The notes below the pieces were generated by a model. It was not told the DNA's origin, searched no databases, and saw nothing but the letters and a program-made list of their open reading frames with translations. DNA of 64,000 nt from Octopus vulgaris (lineage: Eukaryota), in the NCBI GenBank assembly GCA_951406725.2, contig OX597839.1, forward strand, positions 25,110,001 to 25,174,000, in the 5' to 3' direction. This document shows, one piece after another, positions 52,781 through 64,000 of the stretch. Made by a program: the position numbers and the translations under genes. Positions within the stretch are counted from its first letter, which is position 1, and each line of letters opens with the position of its first letter.

Positions 52781-53423
52781 TTACTGTGTGCAGTAATGGT
52801 GCATGTTTGTCGCAGCGTTATTACAAAAATTATCTATTGCATGTTTAATGCTACATGTGGCTTACTGTGTGCATTAATGTGACGTGATTTTCTGCATGTT
52901 TATAACTAAAGGCGATCTATTGCATGCTTAATGCTACATGTGGTCCGATGCATGCATTAATGCTACACGTGGTCTGCTGCATGTTTATTGCTAAAAGTGA
53001 TCTATTGCATGTTTAATGCTACATTTGGTCTGTATGCATCAAGGCTGCATGTGGTTTAATGCTATATGTGGTCTGCTGCATGTTTATTGCTAAAAGTGAT
53101 CTATTGTGTGTTTAATGCTACATGTGGCCTACTGCATGCATTAATGCTACATTTGGTCTGTATGCATCAAGGCTGCATGTGGTTTAATGCTACATGTGGT
53201 TTGCTACATAGATTTTTACTACATCCAATCTGCAGCATGGTTTGATGCTACATGTGGTCACGAGCATTAACTACCCCATTGGTCCACTACCACAATTGCG
53301 TGGTTGAGTGCATGATGCAGTCTGTATTCTCTTGTGTTGTCCAATGCCACCTTCCCAACCGTTTCTGACTCAGTCCTCCTTCTTTTCACCAAATGGCAAT
53401 TCACAAATGACACCCTTTCCTCG

Positions 53424-53426
<3 letters not shown>

Positions 53427-53460
<34 letters not shown>

Positions 53461-53790
53461 TTAACGTCCGTTTTCCATGCTAGCATGGGTTGGACGGTTC
53501 GACCGGGGATCTGGGAAGCCAGAAGGCTGCCCCAGGCTCCGGTCTTATCTGGCAGTGTTTCTACAGCTGGATGCCCTTCCTAACGCCAACCAGTCCGAGA
53601 GTGTAGTGGGTGCTTTTTACGTGCCACCTGCACTGGAGCCAGGCGAGGCTGGCATCGGCCACGGGCGGATTGGTGCATTTTACGTGCCACCTGCACGGAA
53701 GCCAGTCGAGGCAGCACTGGCTTCGGCCACGATTCGGATGGTGCTTTTTACATGCCACCGACACGGAAGCCAGTCGAGGCGGCGCTGGCA
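53427..53790 (-). mobile_element. SINE-like family C
   Basis: (CAT)n tail plus body. Confidence 0.82.
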
Positions 53791-53848
53791 AAAAAGCAAA
53801 ACCAAATTATTTCAATCAAACAAAAATTAATGTTTTGCTGTGACTTTA

Positions 53849-54240
53849 TTACTCTCTTCTACTCTTTTACTTGTTTCAGTTATTTGACTGCGGCCATGCT
53901 GCAGCACCGCCTTTAGTCGAGCAAATCAACCCCGGGACTTATTCTTTTGTAAGCCCAGTACTTATTCTATCGGTCTCTTTTGCTGAACCGCTAAGTGACG
54001 GGGACGTAAACACACCAGCATTGGTTGTCAAGCAATGCTAGGGGGACAAACACATACATACACACATATATATATACATATATACGACGGGCTTCTTTCA
54101 GTTTCCTTCTACCAAATCCACTCACAAGGCTTTGGTTGGCCCGAGGCTATAGTAGAAGACACTTGCCCAAGATGCCACGCAGTGGGACTGAACCCAGAAC
54201 CATGTGGTTGGTTAGCAAGCTACTTACCACACAGCCACTC
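53849..54240 (-). mobile_element. SINE family A
   Basis: Reverse copy. Confidence 0.9.
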
Positions 54241-54801
54241 ATATTTCCTTATATTATCCCACGCAACATGTGTTTCTTCTTGTGATATTTGCATGGACTT
54301 TGGTGACTCCTATGTTCAGTTTTTAGAGAAATTTCTAAAGAGGCTGAGGACTTCTAGAATGAAATTATATCAGGCCTTGCAACACCACCAATCAGGCTTT
54401 CTGCTCACTGATGTTTATGTCTGCTTCCACATAGACATTTTTGTGGCTTACTGCCCTCCATGTTAAATTACTAAAACAGCCAGGTCTTGTGTATAGAAAT
54501 TATATCAGACCTTGCTATATCACCTGCCATGTTTTCAGCTCAGTAATTACACAATGTCCTCCTACACATAAACTTTTGTGTGGCTTGCTGCCCTCTATGA
54601 TAAACTAGAAAAGCACTCAGAGAGTGCAGACCTCCGCCAAGCTCGTTTTAAGATAGATATGTGAGTAAAATTACTAATAGAGAAACGAAAATAAACTTTG
54701 GAAACAGCAACGCCACCATAGGTTACGTGGAAACAATGAGCGTGTTTTCAAGGGAGATAATCAAAGAACGTAACATTGTAATATTTCATGTAAAGTAAAT
54801 A

Positions 54802-54942
54802 TTACGTTGTCCCAAAAGTTCGTAAACACTTGCGAAAATTGAATTTTTACTCGCCAAGTACTAACAAAAACAACAAAAATTATTCCTCAAAATAAAGACC
54901 ATTATTTTCCAAGACTTTCTACGAACTTTTGGGACAACCTTA
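54802..54942. mobile_element. Mariner-derived mini-MITE
   Basis: TIRs gttgtcccaaaagttcgta / tacgaacttttgggacaac with TA flanks. Confidence 0.7.
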
Positions 54943-55394
54943 TATAACAAATGAAAAATCCTTCAAGAACCCATAAAAATTCCTAGATCACTATCAAAAT
55001 TTCATTATCTGTTCCTTGTGTCATTACCAACGTTTCCGGCAAGTTGCATCAAAAACTGTTTGCAACTTTTTTTGAGAGATGGCAGTAAGTGCAGGGTGGT
55101 GGAGGTAATTTCAGTATTTCCACCTCCACCACCACCACCCCTAGATTATAATTATAATTCAGATTATAATATTGGTACTTGAAGAACGGGGAAGAAGTTG
55201 ATAACAAAGCTTGAAGTTATCAGAAGTTAACGTTGTTTATCATTAAGTAATCAGCAACTTTTAAGAAGGATGTCTTTGTAGCTTATCTGGGGTCTGTTGT
55301 CTTCCCAGCGGGAATTGTCTTCCTTATAACAGATGTCACCTCATACAGGTTGCCTCCCAAATAGAATGATAATAATAATAATAATAATAATGGC

Positions 55395-55670
55395 GACGTA
55401 CCGTAAAAGAGGGAATACAAAAGAGTGACAGAGAGAGAGAGGAGAAATGGAAAGAAAGGAAGAGACCTAAACAAGAGACTATGGCACTACAACCAGCCAG
55501 GAACAGTCTTCGCTACATTTGCGGCACCTGCCAGAGGGAGTGTTTGTTCAGGATAGGACTACACAGCCACAGCAGGAAATGTATCAGGACATGAAATATA
55601 AAAGCCGGACTAGACTACTTCATGTGCAACTCCATTGTCTCCCGAGACAGAAAGGATGCCAATACAATAC
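55395..55670 (+). pseudogene. RTE-clade LINE 3' fragment
   Basis: YICGTCQRECLFRIGLHSHSRKC C2H2-like terminus plus short 3' UTR and (aatac)n tail. Confidence 0.7.
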
Positions 55671-55937
55671 AATAATAATAATAATAATTTTGTCACAAGG
55701 GCGGCTTGTGGGGAGGTCGAGATGAGTCAGTTACATCAACCCCAGTGTCCAGCTGGTACTTATTTTATCGACCCCGAAAGAACAAAAGGCTAAGTTGACC
55801 TTGGCAGAATTTGAACTCCGGACATAGCGACTGGTGAAATACCACTAAGCATTTTGTCCAGTGTGCTAACGATTCTGCCAGCTTGCTGCCTTAATAATAA
55901 TAATAATAATAATAATAATGATAACAGCAACAACCTT

Positions 55938-56170
55938 TATCAAATTTGAGAAATTTGCTGGAGAATTTGGGATTGACATGAGGGTAGAACATGCTCAGGA
56001 AACCGCTTTATTGGGGGACAGTGAGGATTTTGAGATTGATATTTGGATGTTGAGTATTTTGGAAAGAGACCCTGTGAGATCTTTGACAACAGGCTGTTGT
56101 TTATTCTTACAGAATTAGCTGGAGCAACTGAAATCAAAAGCTCTGGGAAGTGAAATAGTAAAGTAATAAT
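55938..56170 (+). pseudogene. R4/Dong-clade LINE extreme 3' fragment
   Basis: EHAQETALLG(T)VRILR resembles the R4 QK.ALLGTARILR motif; flanked by (AAT)n. Confidence 0.6.
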
Positions 56171-56469
56171 AATCCTTTCTACAATAGGTAGAAGGGGATG
56201 AAATTTTGGGATGAGGTGCTAGTCAATTACATCGACACCCAGTTTGTGCCAGTCACGGGGCCAAACATCCCTGAAAGTTTCATCCGAATACATCCAGTGG
56301 TTCTTGAGATATCTTGTCCATGGACAAACAAACAAACACAACTGAAAACAATACCTCCGCCTTTGCTAAGCAGAGGTAATAATAATAATAATAATAATAA
56401 TTTCAAATTTTGGCACAAGGCCAGCACTTTCGTGTATGGGGCTAACAATCCCGCCATCTCAACACCTTA

Positions 56470-56694
56470 CTCTCTTTTTCTTTTACTCTCTTTTACTTGT
56501 TTCAGTCATTTGACTGCGGCCGTGCTGGAGCACCACCTTTTAGTCGAGCAAATCGACCCCAGGTCTTATTCTTTGTAAGCCTAGTACTTATTCTATCGGT
56601 CTCTTTTGCCGAACGGCTAAGTGACGGGGACGTAAACATACCAGCATCAGTTGTCAAGCGATGTTGGTGGGGACAAGAACACACACATATATAT

Positions 56695-56741
<47 letters not shown>

Positions 56742-56903
56742 ACAGGCTTCTTTCAGTTTCCGTCTACCAAATCCACTCACAAGGCTTTGGTAGGCCCGAG
56801 GCTATAGTAGAAGACACTTACCCAAGATGCCACGCAGTGGGACTGAACCCGGAACCGTGTGGTTGGTAAGCAAGCTACTTACCACACAGCCACTCCTGCG
56901 CCT
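56470..56903 (-). mobile_element. SINE family A
   Basis: Reverse copy. Confidence 0.88.
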
Positions 56904-57844
56904 TAATAATAATAATAATAATAATAATTGTTTCAAATATTGGCCCATGGTCAGGAATTTTAGTGGGAAAGGTTAATTTTCAAAATTAACTGAAACAAGG
57001 GCTGAATTACAGAAACAAAATTTGCCAGACATGTGGCAGATGATTTTAGTGTGGCCCTTAATGAAATGGTGGTTTATGGAATAAATAGCTCGATATTACA
57101 GAAGTGGGGGGAAACACTTGGTAACAAAGGATCCTGTTCCTACATCAGTTTATTGTCAGGAAAGCTGTCGTATCTTGTTAACCACAAGAAACGAACAACA
57201 ATGAATGGGTTTCTTTGTACACAGATGGTCACTCGACTCTTTCCAGCACAAAGCCTCACTTCACACACACACACCAGACATATTTATACATACATGCATG
57301 TGTGTGCACACATATGTGCTTGTGTATATATATGCACCTAATACATGCATACTGTTAGTTTTATTGTATTAAAGAAAAATTAAAGATCTAATAAGACTTG
57401 AACGGCTGCTACAAAATTAATTTGGCCTGCGTCTTGTGGATACGAGACAGGGGTTGGTTTGTGTGTGTGTGAGAGAGAGAGTTTTATCTGACATCGGTGG
57501 TGACATCTGGAAAATGGTAACTGATATTTAAGGAGGGTGTAGGGATGACTAATGCAATTATAGGCTTAGGGTTATAGGGAGCTGTTAGACAGGTAAGTTA
57601 CTAGGGTTATTCAACCGCTCGCTCACCCTGTGCTCTTGTCGGCGGCATTTTCTTTTGTTTCTTTCTCCTTTTTCACGCAACAATTGTCATGATTGCTATT
57701 GTGGTATTGACGATTGAGATAAAGTAGCAGGTATGTGTGGTAAGTAGCTTGCTTACCAACCACATGGTTCCGGGTTCAGTCCCGCTGCGTGGCATCTTGG
57801 GCAAGTCTCTTCTGCTATTCGCTCAGGAATATAAATAAGACAAG

Positions 57845-57882
57845 TCTTTTACGTTTCGAGCCTACGCTCTTCAACAGAAAGA
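57845..57882 (-). ncRNA. Minimal hammerhead-like motif with CUGUUGA core
   Basis: Minus tcttt-CTGTTGA-a-gagc-gtag-gctc-GAAACGT-A-aaaga; perfect 5-bp stem I and 4-bp stem II. Confidence 0.62.
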
Positions 57883-58283
57883 TACACAGAAAAGAAACAC
57901 GGAGAGAAACAAGGAGAGAAAAATATGCGTGCAGAAGCTAGCAAATCAACATGGCGATCATATATATAGTTGGAATTCACAAAAAAAAACAAACTAAAGA
58001 CGAAGACAGGTGTGTAAGCAACAAACAGGTGTATTAGTTTAACACTCAGGAAGGTGTTAAAGAGCCTATGCTCTTCAACAGAAAGGAACGCGAGAAAATA
58101 AACAGAGAAATGATAAAAAAAGAAAAATTTAGCATTTTTCTAATAATGAAATATAGCAAGATTTTAGTCCCCGGACATTTTCAATTTCCAAAATTTTTTA
58201 TTTTCACTCCACCCCAATATATATATATATGACCGCGTGTGTACCGTTGGCAATTTTTTTCCCTCCGTCTTCCCTTCTCCTAT

Positions 58284-58318
58284 GTTTCTGACGAAGAGCT
58301 CTGCTCGAAACGTTAAAC
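58284..58318 (+). ncRNA. Minimal hammerhead ribozyme motif (canonical core)
   Basis: gttt-CTGACGA-a-gagc-tct-gctc-GAAACGT-T-aaac; palindromic ACGU stem III, as in dimer-acting Penelope hammerheads. Confidence 0.72.
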
Positions 58319-58414
58319 CCTCTTTCCCTTCCTTCCTGAGCGTTCAATAATACTATATTTGTTCCACGTCCTCGCGTTGTTGTGTTTTCTCTTTGTGTTT
58401 TCATGTTTGGATTA

Positions 58415-58472
<58 letters not shown>

Positions 58473-58899
58473 GTCTTCTGCTATAGCCCCGGGCCAACCA
58501 ATGCCTTGTGAGTGGATTTGGTAGACGGAAACCGAAAGAAGCCTCTCGTATATGTGTATATGTGTGTGTGTGTGTGTGTTTGTGTGTCTGTGTTTGTCCC
58601 CCTAGCATTGCTTGACAACTGATGCTGGTGTGTTTACGTCCCCGTAACTTAGCGGTTCGGCAAAAGAGCCCGATAGAATAAGTACTGGGCTTACAAAGAA
58701 TAAGTCCCGGGGTCGAGTTGCTCGACTAAAGGCGGTGCTGCAGCATGGCCGCAGTCAAATGACTGAAACAAGTAAAAGAGTAAAAGAGTAATATGTATAT
58801 ATCAATACAAAACTAATGTATTTAGTTTTCACTGAACACTGACATAAACCAGAAAACTAGGGTACTCGCATCCCTTTAAGGATTATAGGTCCTTGACAC

Positions 58900-58943
<44 letters not shown>

Positions 58944-58981
58944 TGTCATGATTGCTATTGCTATATATATATATCTTCAGT

Positions 58982-59030
58982 GCTTCCTGAAGATTTCTCT
59001 TGAATGAAACAGTTCTAGTCCTGTAGAAGC
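58982..59030 (+). ncRNA. Hammerhead ribozyme motif
   Basis: gcttc-CTGAAGA-t-ttc-tctt-gaa-t-GAAACAG-ttctagtc-CTGT-A-gaagc; stems I (5 bp) and III (4 bp) are perfect. The downstream part of this repeat recurs inverted at 62841-62945. Confidence 0.65.
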
Positions 59031-59114
59031 TCCTTCTATATAATAAATTAATTTTACTCTGCTATGTATTGAGTACCTTATTTACTGTGGTTAACCCCGA
59101 ATCAACCCGGGACC

Positions 59115-59166
<52 letters not shown>

Positions 59167-59701
59167 GTTGTATGTATGTATATTGACTCACACACACAAA
59201 TAGAATGAATGAATAGCTAATGATGGCTAATTAAGAATAATCAGCTGATTATTGTCAAGTGAAATCATCTACAGGTGGCACTTCAACAGTGGAGGCCTGC
59301 ATCTGGAATGGCTTAAGCGGATCAGTCGTTAAGGAAAAGCCAGAATTGCAGGAGAGTAGGAGGTTAAGTGCAGCATCAACACAAGAGTTTAACCTCATCT
59401 TTTAGCCAGGGTGGGGGATTTAGGAGAGAGAGAGAGTAACACGAATAAGCGTTACTGGTGAATAAGCCTCAAGACAAACGTCTCCGGTCTGTCTTGCCTT
59501 ACAGACACGTGTTTCTTTTGACGGAGCTTAGCCCAATGTCAACATTGCATATCTGTGATGTTAACATCTAGGATACCAGCACCACCAACACCATGACATT
59601 ATTACCTTCATAGCTATAACTATACACATTATCATCACCACCACCACCAACCACCACCACATCACTACTTGAAAGATTAGTAAGGTCTTTAAGACATAAT
59701 C

Positions 59702-59737
<36 letters not shown>

Positions 59738-59742
59738 TCCTA

Positions 59743-59890
59743 GGCGTAGGAGTGGCTGTGTGGTAAGTAGCTTGCTTACCAACCACATGGTTCTGGGTTC
59801 AGTCCCACTGCGTGGCAAGTGTCTACTACTATGGGCCGACCAAAGCCTTGTGAGTGGATTTGGTAGACGGAAACTGAAAGAAGCCTGTCG

Positions 59891-59931
<41 letters not shown>

Positions 59932-60062
59932 TTGTGTGACTATGTTTGTCCCCCCCCCCACTATCGCTTGACAACCGATGCTGGTATGTTTACGTTCCCG
60001 TAACTTAGCGGTTCGGCAAAATAAAACCCTGATAGAATAAGTACTAGGCTTACAAAGAATAA
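59743..60062 (+). mobile_element. SINE family A (3'-truncated)
   Basis: Head and body; an inverted partial copy follows at 60229-60460. Confidence 0.85.
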
Positions 60063-60437
60063 GTTTGTGTGTATATATACGCGTGTAAGTAAGCTTGTAC
60101 ATATAACTGTGTATATCTCTTTACTCTTTACTCTTTTACTCTTTACTCTTTAGTCATTAGACTGCGGCCACGCTGGGGCACCGTCTGAAAGCACTTTAGT
60201 CAAAAGACTCGACCCCAGTACAGTATATACTCTTTTACTCTTTTACTTGTTTCAGTCATTTGACTGTGGCCATGCTGGAGCACCGCCTTTAATCGAGCAA
60301 CTCGACCTCAGGACTTATTCTTTGTAAGCCCAGTACTTACTCTATCGGTTTCTTTTGCTGAACCGCCAAGTTACGGGGATGTAAACACACCAGCATCGGT
60401 TGTCAAGCAATGCTAGGGGGACAAACACACACACACT

Positions 60438-60470
<33 letters not shown>

Positions 60471-60543
60471 GGGTGGATGTGTGTGTTTGTATCTCTGTGC
60501 ATCTAAATACATAGTCTACAATTAATAAATCGGCGTTGAAACA

Positions 60544-60938
60544 TCTTTATATATAAAAGAGAGGTTGTGTGTCTGTCCCCTTCGATTTAGATTCCTAACT
60601 ACTCCCACATTTTGCGGTGCAGTTTAACCAAAACCGGGTATCTTATAGTCGTGATTCATATCAAACCCTTCTGGGTATTAGCGCGCGTCTACGATGAGTC
60701 TACGATTTAAAAAATAATTTACAATCATTTTTTTCCATTTTAATGCATTTTTTTCGCTATTATATAAGGGAAGTAACTCTAAAAATGTCTTCGATGAGTC
60801 AACAATTTTAAAAAAAATTACCATCATTTTTTTTCCATTTTTAACGCATTTTTTGCTATTTTTTGGCTATAACTCTCTAAAAATGCTTATATAGTTATTT
60901 CCCTTACAAACCCGAGCAACGCCGGGCGATACTGCTAT
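60544..60938 (+). mobile_element. Non-autonomous Helitron, second copy
   Basis: Same as 33967; ends CTAT instead of CTAG and has one fewer internal repeat. Confidence 0.85.
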
Positions 60939-61063
60939 TGTAAGGGGTCTGTGTGGAAAGACAGACAGACATTTTTCATGGTCACTGGATCATAAAAAAA
61001 AGCCTCACTAGTATACTTAGAAGTGTGCTTGTGTGATATGCCTTTGTTATGATAAATCTTTAT

Positions 61064-61156
<93 letters not shown>

Positions 61157-61995
61157 TACACAACTTACCTGTCTACTGTATCAGAGAAGGGGAGTAAGAG
61201 GAGGAGAAAGCAGTCTTCTCTAAGGTGGGTGTGTATGTTATGTAAGGCGGAGTGGAACAAAGAGTTTAACTCCTCCTCCTCCTATGCTTCCAGCTGCTGA
61301 AGAACCTAAAGGAGTGTGGACAAGACACCACCACCACCACTACTACTCTACCTCCTCCTCCTCCTCCTCCTCCAGGGAACCTTAGCCAGCTGTTACTGGA
61401 TCTACACTTCCTTAGCTCCCTCTCTCTCTCTCTTTCTCTCACATACTCCCCCTCTCACGCATACATATAGTCTCTCATACATGCTGTCTCTCTCTCTCTG
61501 GCACACTCCTGTCTCTCACACTTATACTCACTCTGTTGCACACAGTCTCTCTCTCCCCCTCTCTCTCTCAAATATGTAGTTAGTGATTGATCGAGGTGGT
61601 TGTTTTATATTCACCTTCCCGTTTTACCTTCCCTCGCCTCCCTAATCTTGCGACATTGTCTTCCCTATTTCTCCTCTCCCCCTCACTCTTCGAACTCCCT
61701 CCTCACAGCACGCTCCTCTGCCCCCAACCTCACCTCATCCACCTCGCTCAGTGTTCCAAGTATCAATTGGGCGGAACGGTGGCGGAGGGTTTGGGTTGGA
61801 AGGTAGAACAGCAGCTGTAGTATTAATGATGATGGCGGCGGTGGTGGTGGTGGTGGTGGTGGTGATTGTTTAAGAGGTAGAGAGAGAGAGAGAGAGAGAG
61901 ATACAGGTCTACCTGCCATCCGGGTCGCTCGCCTGTCGCCTGTTACATACATCTTTCATTTCCTTTGTTCAAACCCCTGATATCTTCAACCAGCC

Positions 61996-62033
<38 letters not shown>

Positions 62034-62350
62034 TTCTGTCCCTCTCTCTCTCTCTCTCTCTCTGCTTCTGTCCCTCTCTTTCTCTCTGCTTCTGTCCCTC
62101 TCTCTCTCTCTCTGCTTCTGTCCCTCTCTCTCTCTCTCTCTCTGTGCTTCTGTCTGTCTGTCTCTCTCTCTCTCTGCTTCTGTCTGTCTGTCTCTCTCTC
62201 TCTCTCTTCTTCTTCTGTCCGTCTCTCTCTCTCTCTTCTTCTTCTGTCCGTCTCTCTCTCTCTCTCTTCTTCTTCCTCTGTCCGTCACTCTCCCCTTCTC
62301 TCTCTCTTCTTCTTCTGTCCGTCTCTCTCCCCCTTCTCTCTCCCCATATA

Positions 62351-62392
62351 TATATATAAAGAGCAAAGCCTTCGCTACTTTCTGTTTAGTCT
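62351..62392 (+). promoter_or_regulatory. Candidate TATA box plus Inr-like site
   Basis: TATATAAA ending at 62360 and TTAGT at 62386-62390; ATTGG next to GGGCGG at ~61765-61773. Confidence 0.3.
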
Positions 62393-64000
62393 CTCATCAT
62401 TCATCACAGATCAACATCGGTCGTTCATCGTTGCAAGCAAGATCTTCTCTCACCACTATCACCACCGCCACTGGAGGAGACAAAACACAGACTTTTCAAC
62501 GTATCTTTCTGATGATTTCGACGTCCAACTGACAAATTTTCACCATTTTCTATCCAGTTTTTCCACCAACGAACCTCTAATCCTCATCTTTACCCCTCTG
62601 TCTCACACACACCAATGGTAACCCACCTTTTCACCCCTGGTCTTTCCGAAGAGACCACGAGTTTGTGTTCCGGGGATTTTTCCCCCCGTGTTTTTCTGTT
62701 TCATGTACAATTTTTAGAAGGGATCTCTTTCTTTCTTCATCTCTTGACCCTTTTTGTTCATTTATAATCGTAATTTTTCAATTAGACATCAAATTCAAAA
62801 CACAAACACACACCCATTACATATATATATATATATATATGTAGGTCCCGGGTTGAGTCGGGGTTAACCACAGTAAATAAGGTACTCAATACATAGCAGA
62901 GTAAATTAATTTAATTTATTTAATTTATTTTATAGAAGGAGCTTCCTTCTATAAAAAGAAGCTCCTTCTATAAAAATAAATATATATATACACACACACA
63001 CACGTATGCATACATACATTTGTATTTAGAGAAGGGGTACAAAAAGAAAATTGTTAATTGCTACAATACAGTTTGTTTTATTTTGAAGCTGGGGCTTTCA
63101 TCCATCGCCACTCTGAGTTTCATGTTTCCTCTTTCTGATATTCTCCCCCCCCCCCCCCCAGCGACATACATCTACTTTACCTCGCTTATATGTTTGTGTT
63201 GTAAACTATAACTTGTAAAACACACGCACTGACACACGACCTTTTCTCTATTTAATTTACCGAGGTGAGCTCTACTCTTTCTCTCTCTCTCTCAGTGAAA
63301 CTGAAAGCCTGGATCTGGTTTTAATTCCTTGCTGAACCCTACTCACATATTCAGTGCCACGGCTCAGCTTCAATTATTACTTCTTAAAACTTATCAATTT
63401 GTGGCCTTCATCTCCTTAACAAGTTAATTAATACAGCAACACCGATGCAATTATTATTATTATAAATTAATTAATTTTTTTAAAAATTGGATTTCGTTTT
63501 ATTCCTGGTAGAATTTATGTAGGTAGCAGGTTACTACCTGCAACCTTATTTACCCACAAGCTTTCGAGTGCTCAAAACCCTTCCGATAATCTTTCGTGCC
63601 CTTAAGAAGCAAACTTTCTGTAAGAACCTCTGCAGGGCATTCCATTCCATTCCAACCACCCTCAACCATTTGTCTACCATTATTCTGAAGAGAACTTTTT
63701 CATTTCTTTCTGATTTCTAATTTATATTTTTAGAAAGAAAAAAAAAAAAAAACCAGCGTTAGTTTCTCTTTTTCTCCCAACTCTTCTTCCTCTCCCTCCT
63801 CCTCTCCTTCCTCCTCTTCTTTCATCCTCTCCCTCTCTTCCTCCCTCCAACCCACCTCGTCTTATTAATTTCCTCATGTTCCATTCTTTCTTCTTCACTC
63901 TTGCATCGTATGTGTCTCACAAACCAACAACAAAACCTCACCGCAAGCGACCCACCAACGACTCTCTCTCTCTCTCTCTCTCTCTCGCTAAAAAAGTCCC

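Larger units (their letters stand above)
57726..58790 (+). mobile_element. SINE family A split by a 650-bp insertion
   Basis: Duplicated aagt(c/g)tcttctgctat at 57803-57818 and 58469-58484. Confidence 0.82.

Noticed and set aside
63580-63700. Degenerate CR1 RVV..WN.L fragment on the minus strand
   Set aside because: Too short and frameshifted to support.

Overview
AT-rich, repeat-saturated eukaryotic (animal) DNA with no host protein-coding gene I can confidently identify. The SINE families and dense microsatellites resemble an octopus/cephalopod genome, which is an inference from recall and was not searched. Almost all long ORFs in the track are microsatellite or SINE artefacts. Supported content: over 25 copies of a tRNA/CORE-like SINE (family A), about 12 copies of a second SINE (family B, often in head-to-tail multimers) and other SINE-like families. 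There are decayed LINE fragments (R4/Dong, RTE, CR1, probable L1/Tx1) and a mariner transposase remnant. Non-autonomous DNA elements include Merlin-like MITEs with 8-bp TSDs, piggyBac-like TTAA MITEs, Helitrons and HINE-like elements. The window also holds a CpG-decayed U6 pseudogene, several minisatellites and a 100-N gap. The most interesting signal is a set of about 8 minimal hammerhead-ribozyme motifs from at least 5 distinct short Penelope/retrozyme-like families, mostly embedded in (TA)n tracts; one family carries a recurrent non-canonical U6 core (CUGUUGA/CUGUGGA). Unique islands rich in TAATTA, Sox and E-box motifs, plus a TATA/Inr-like site near 62.4 kb, suggest the regulatory neighbourhood of a developmental gene. 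Coordinates were read by eye and are approximate unless TSD-defined.
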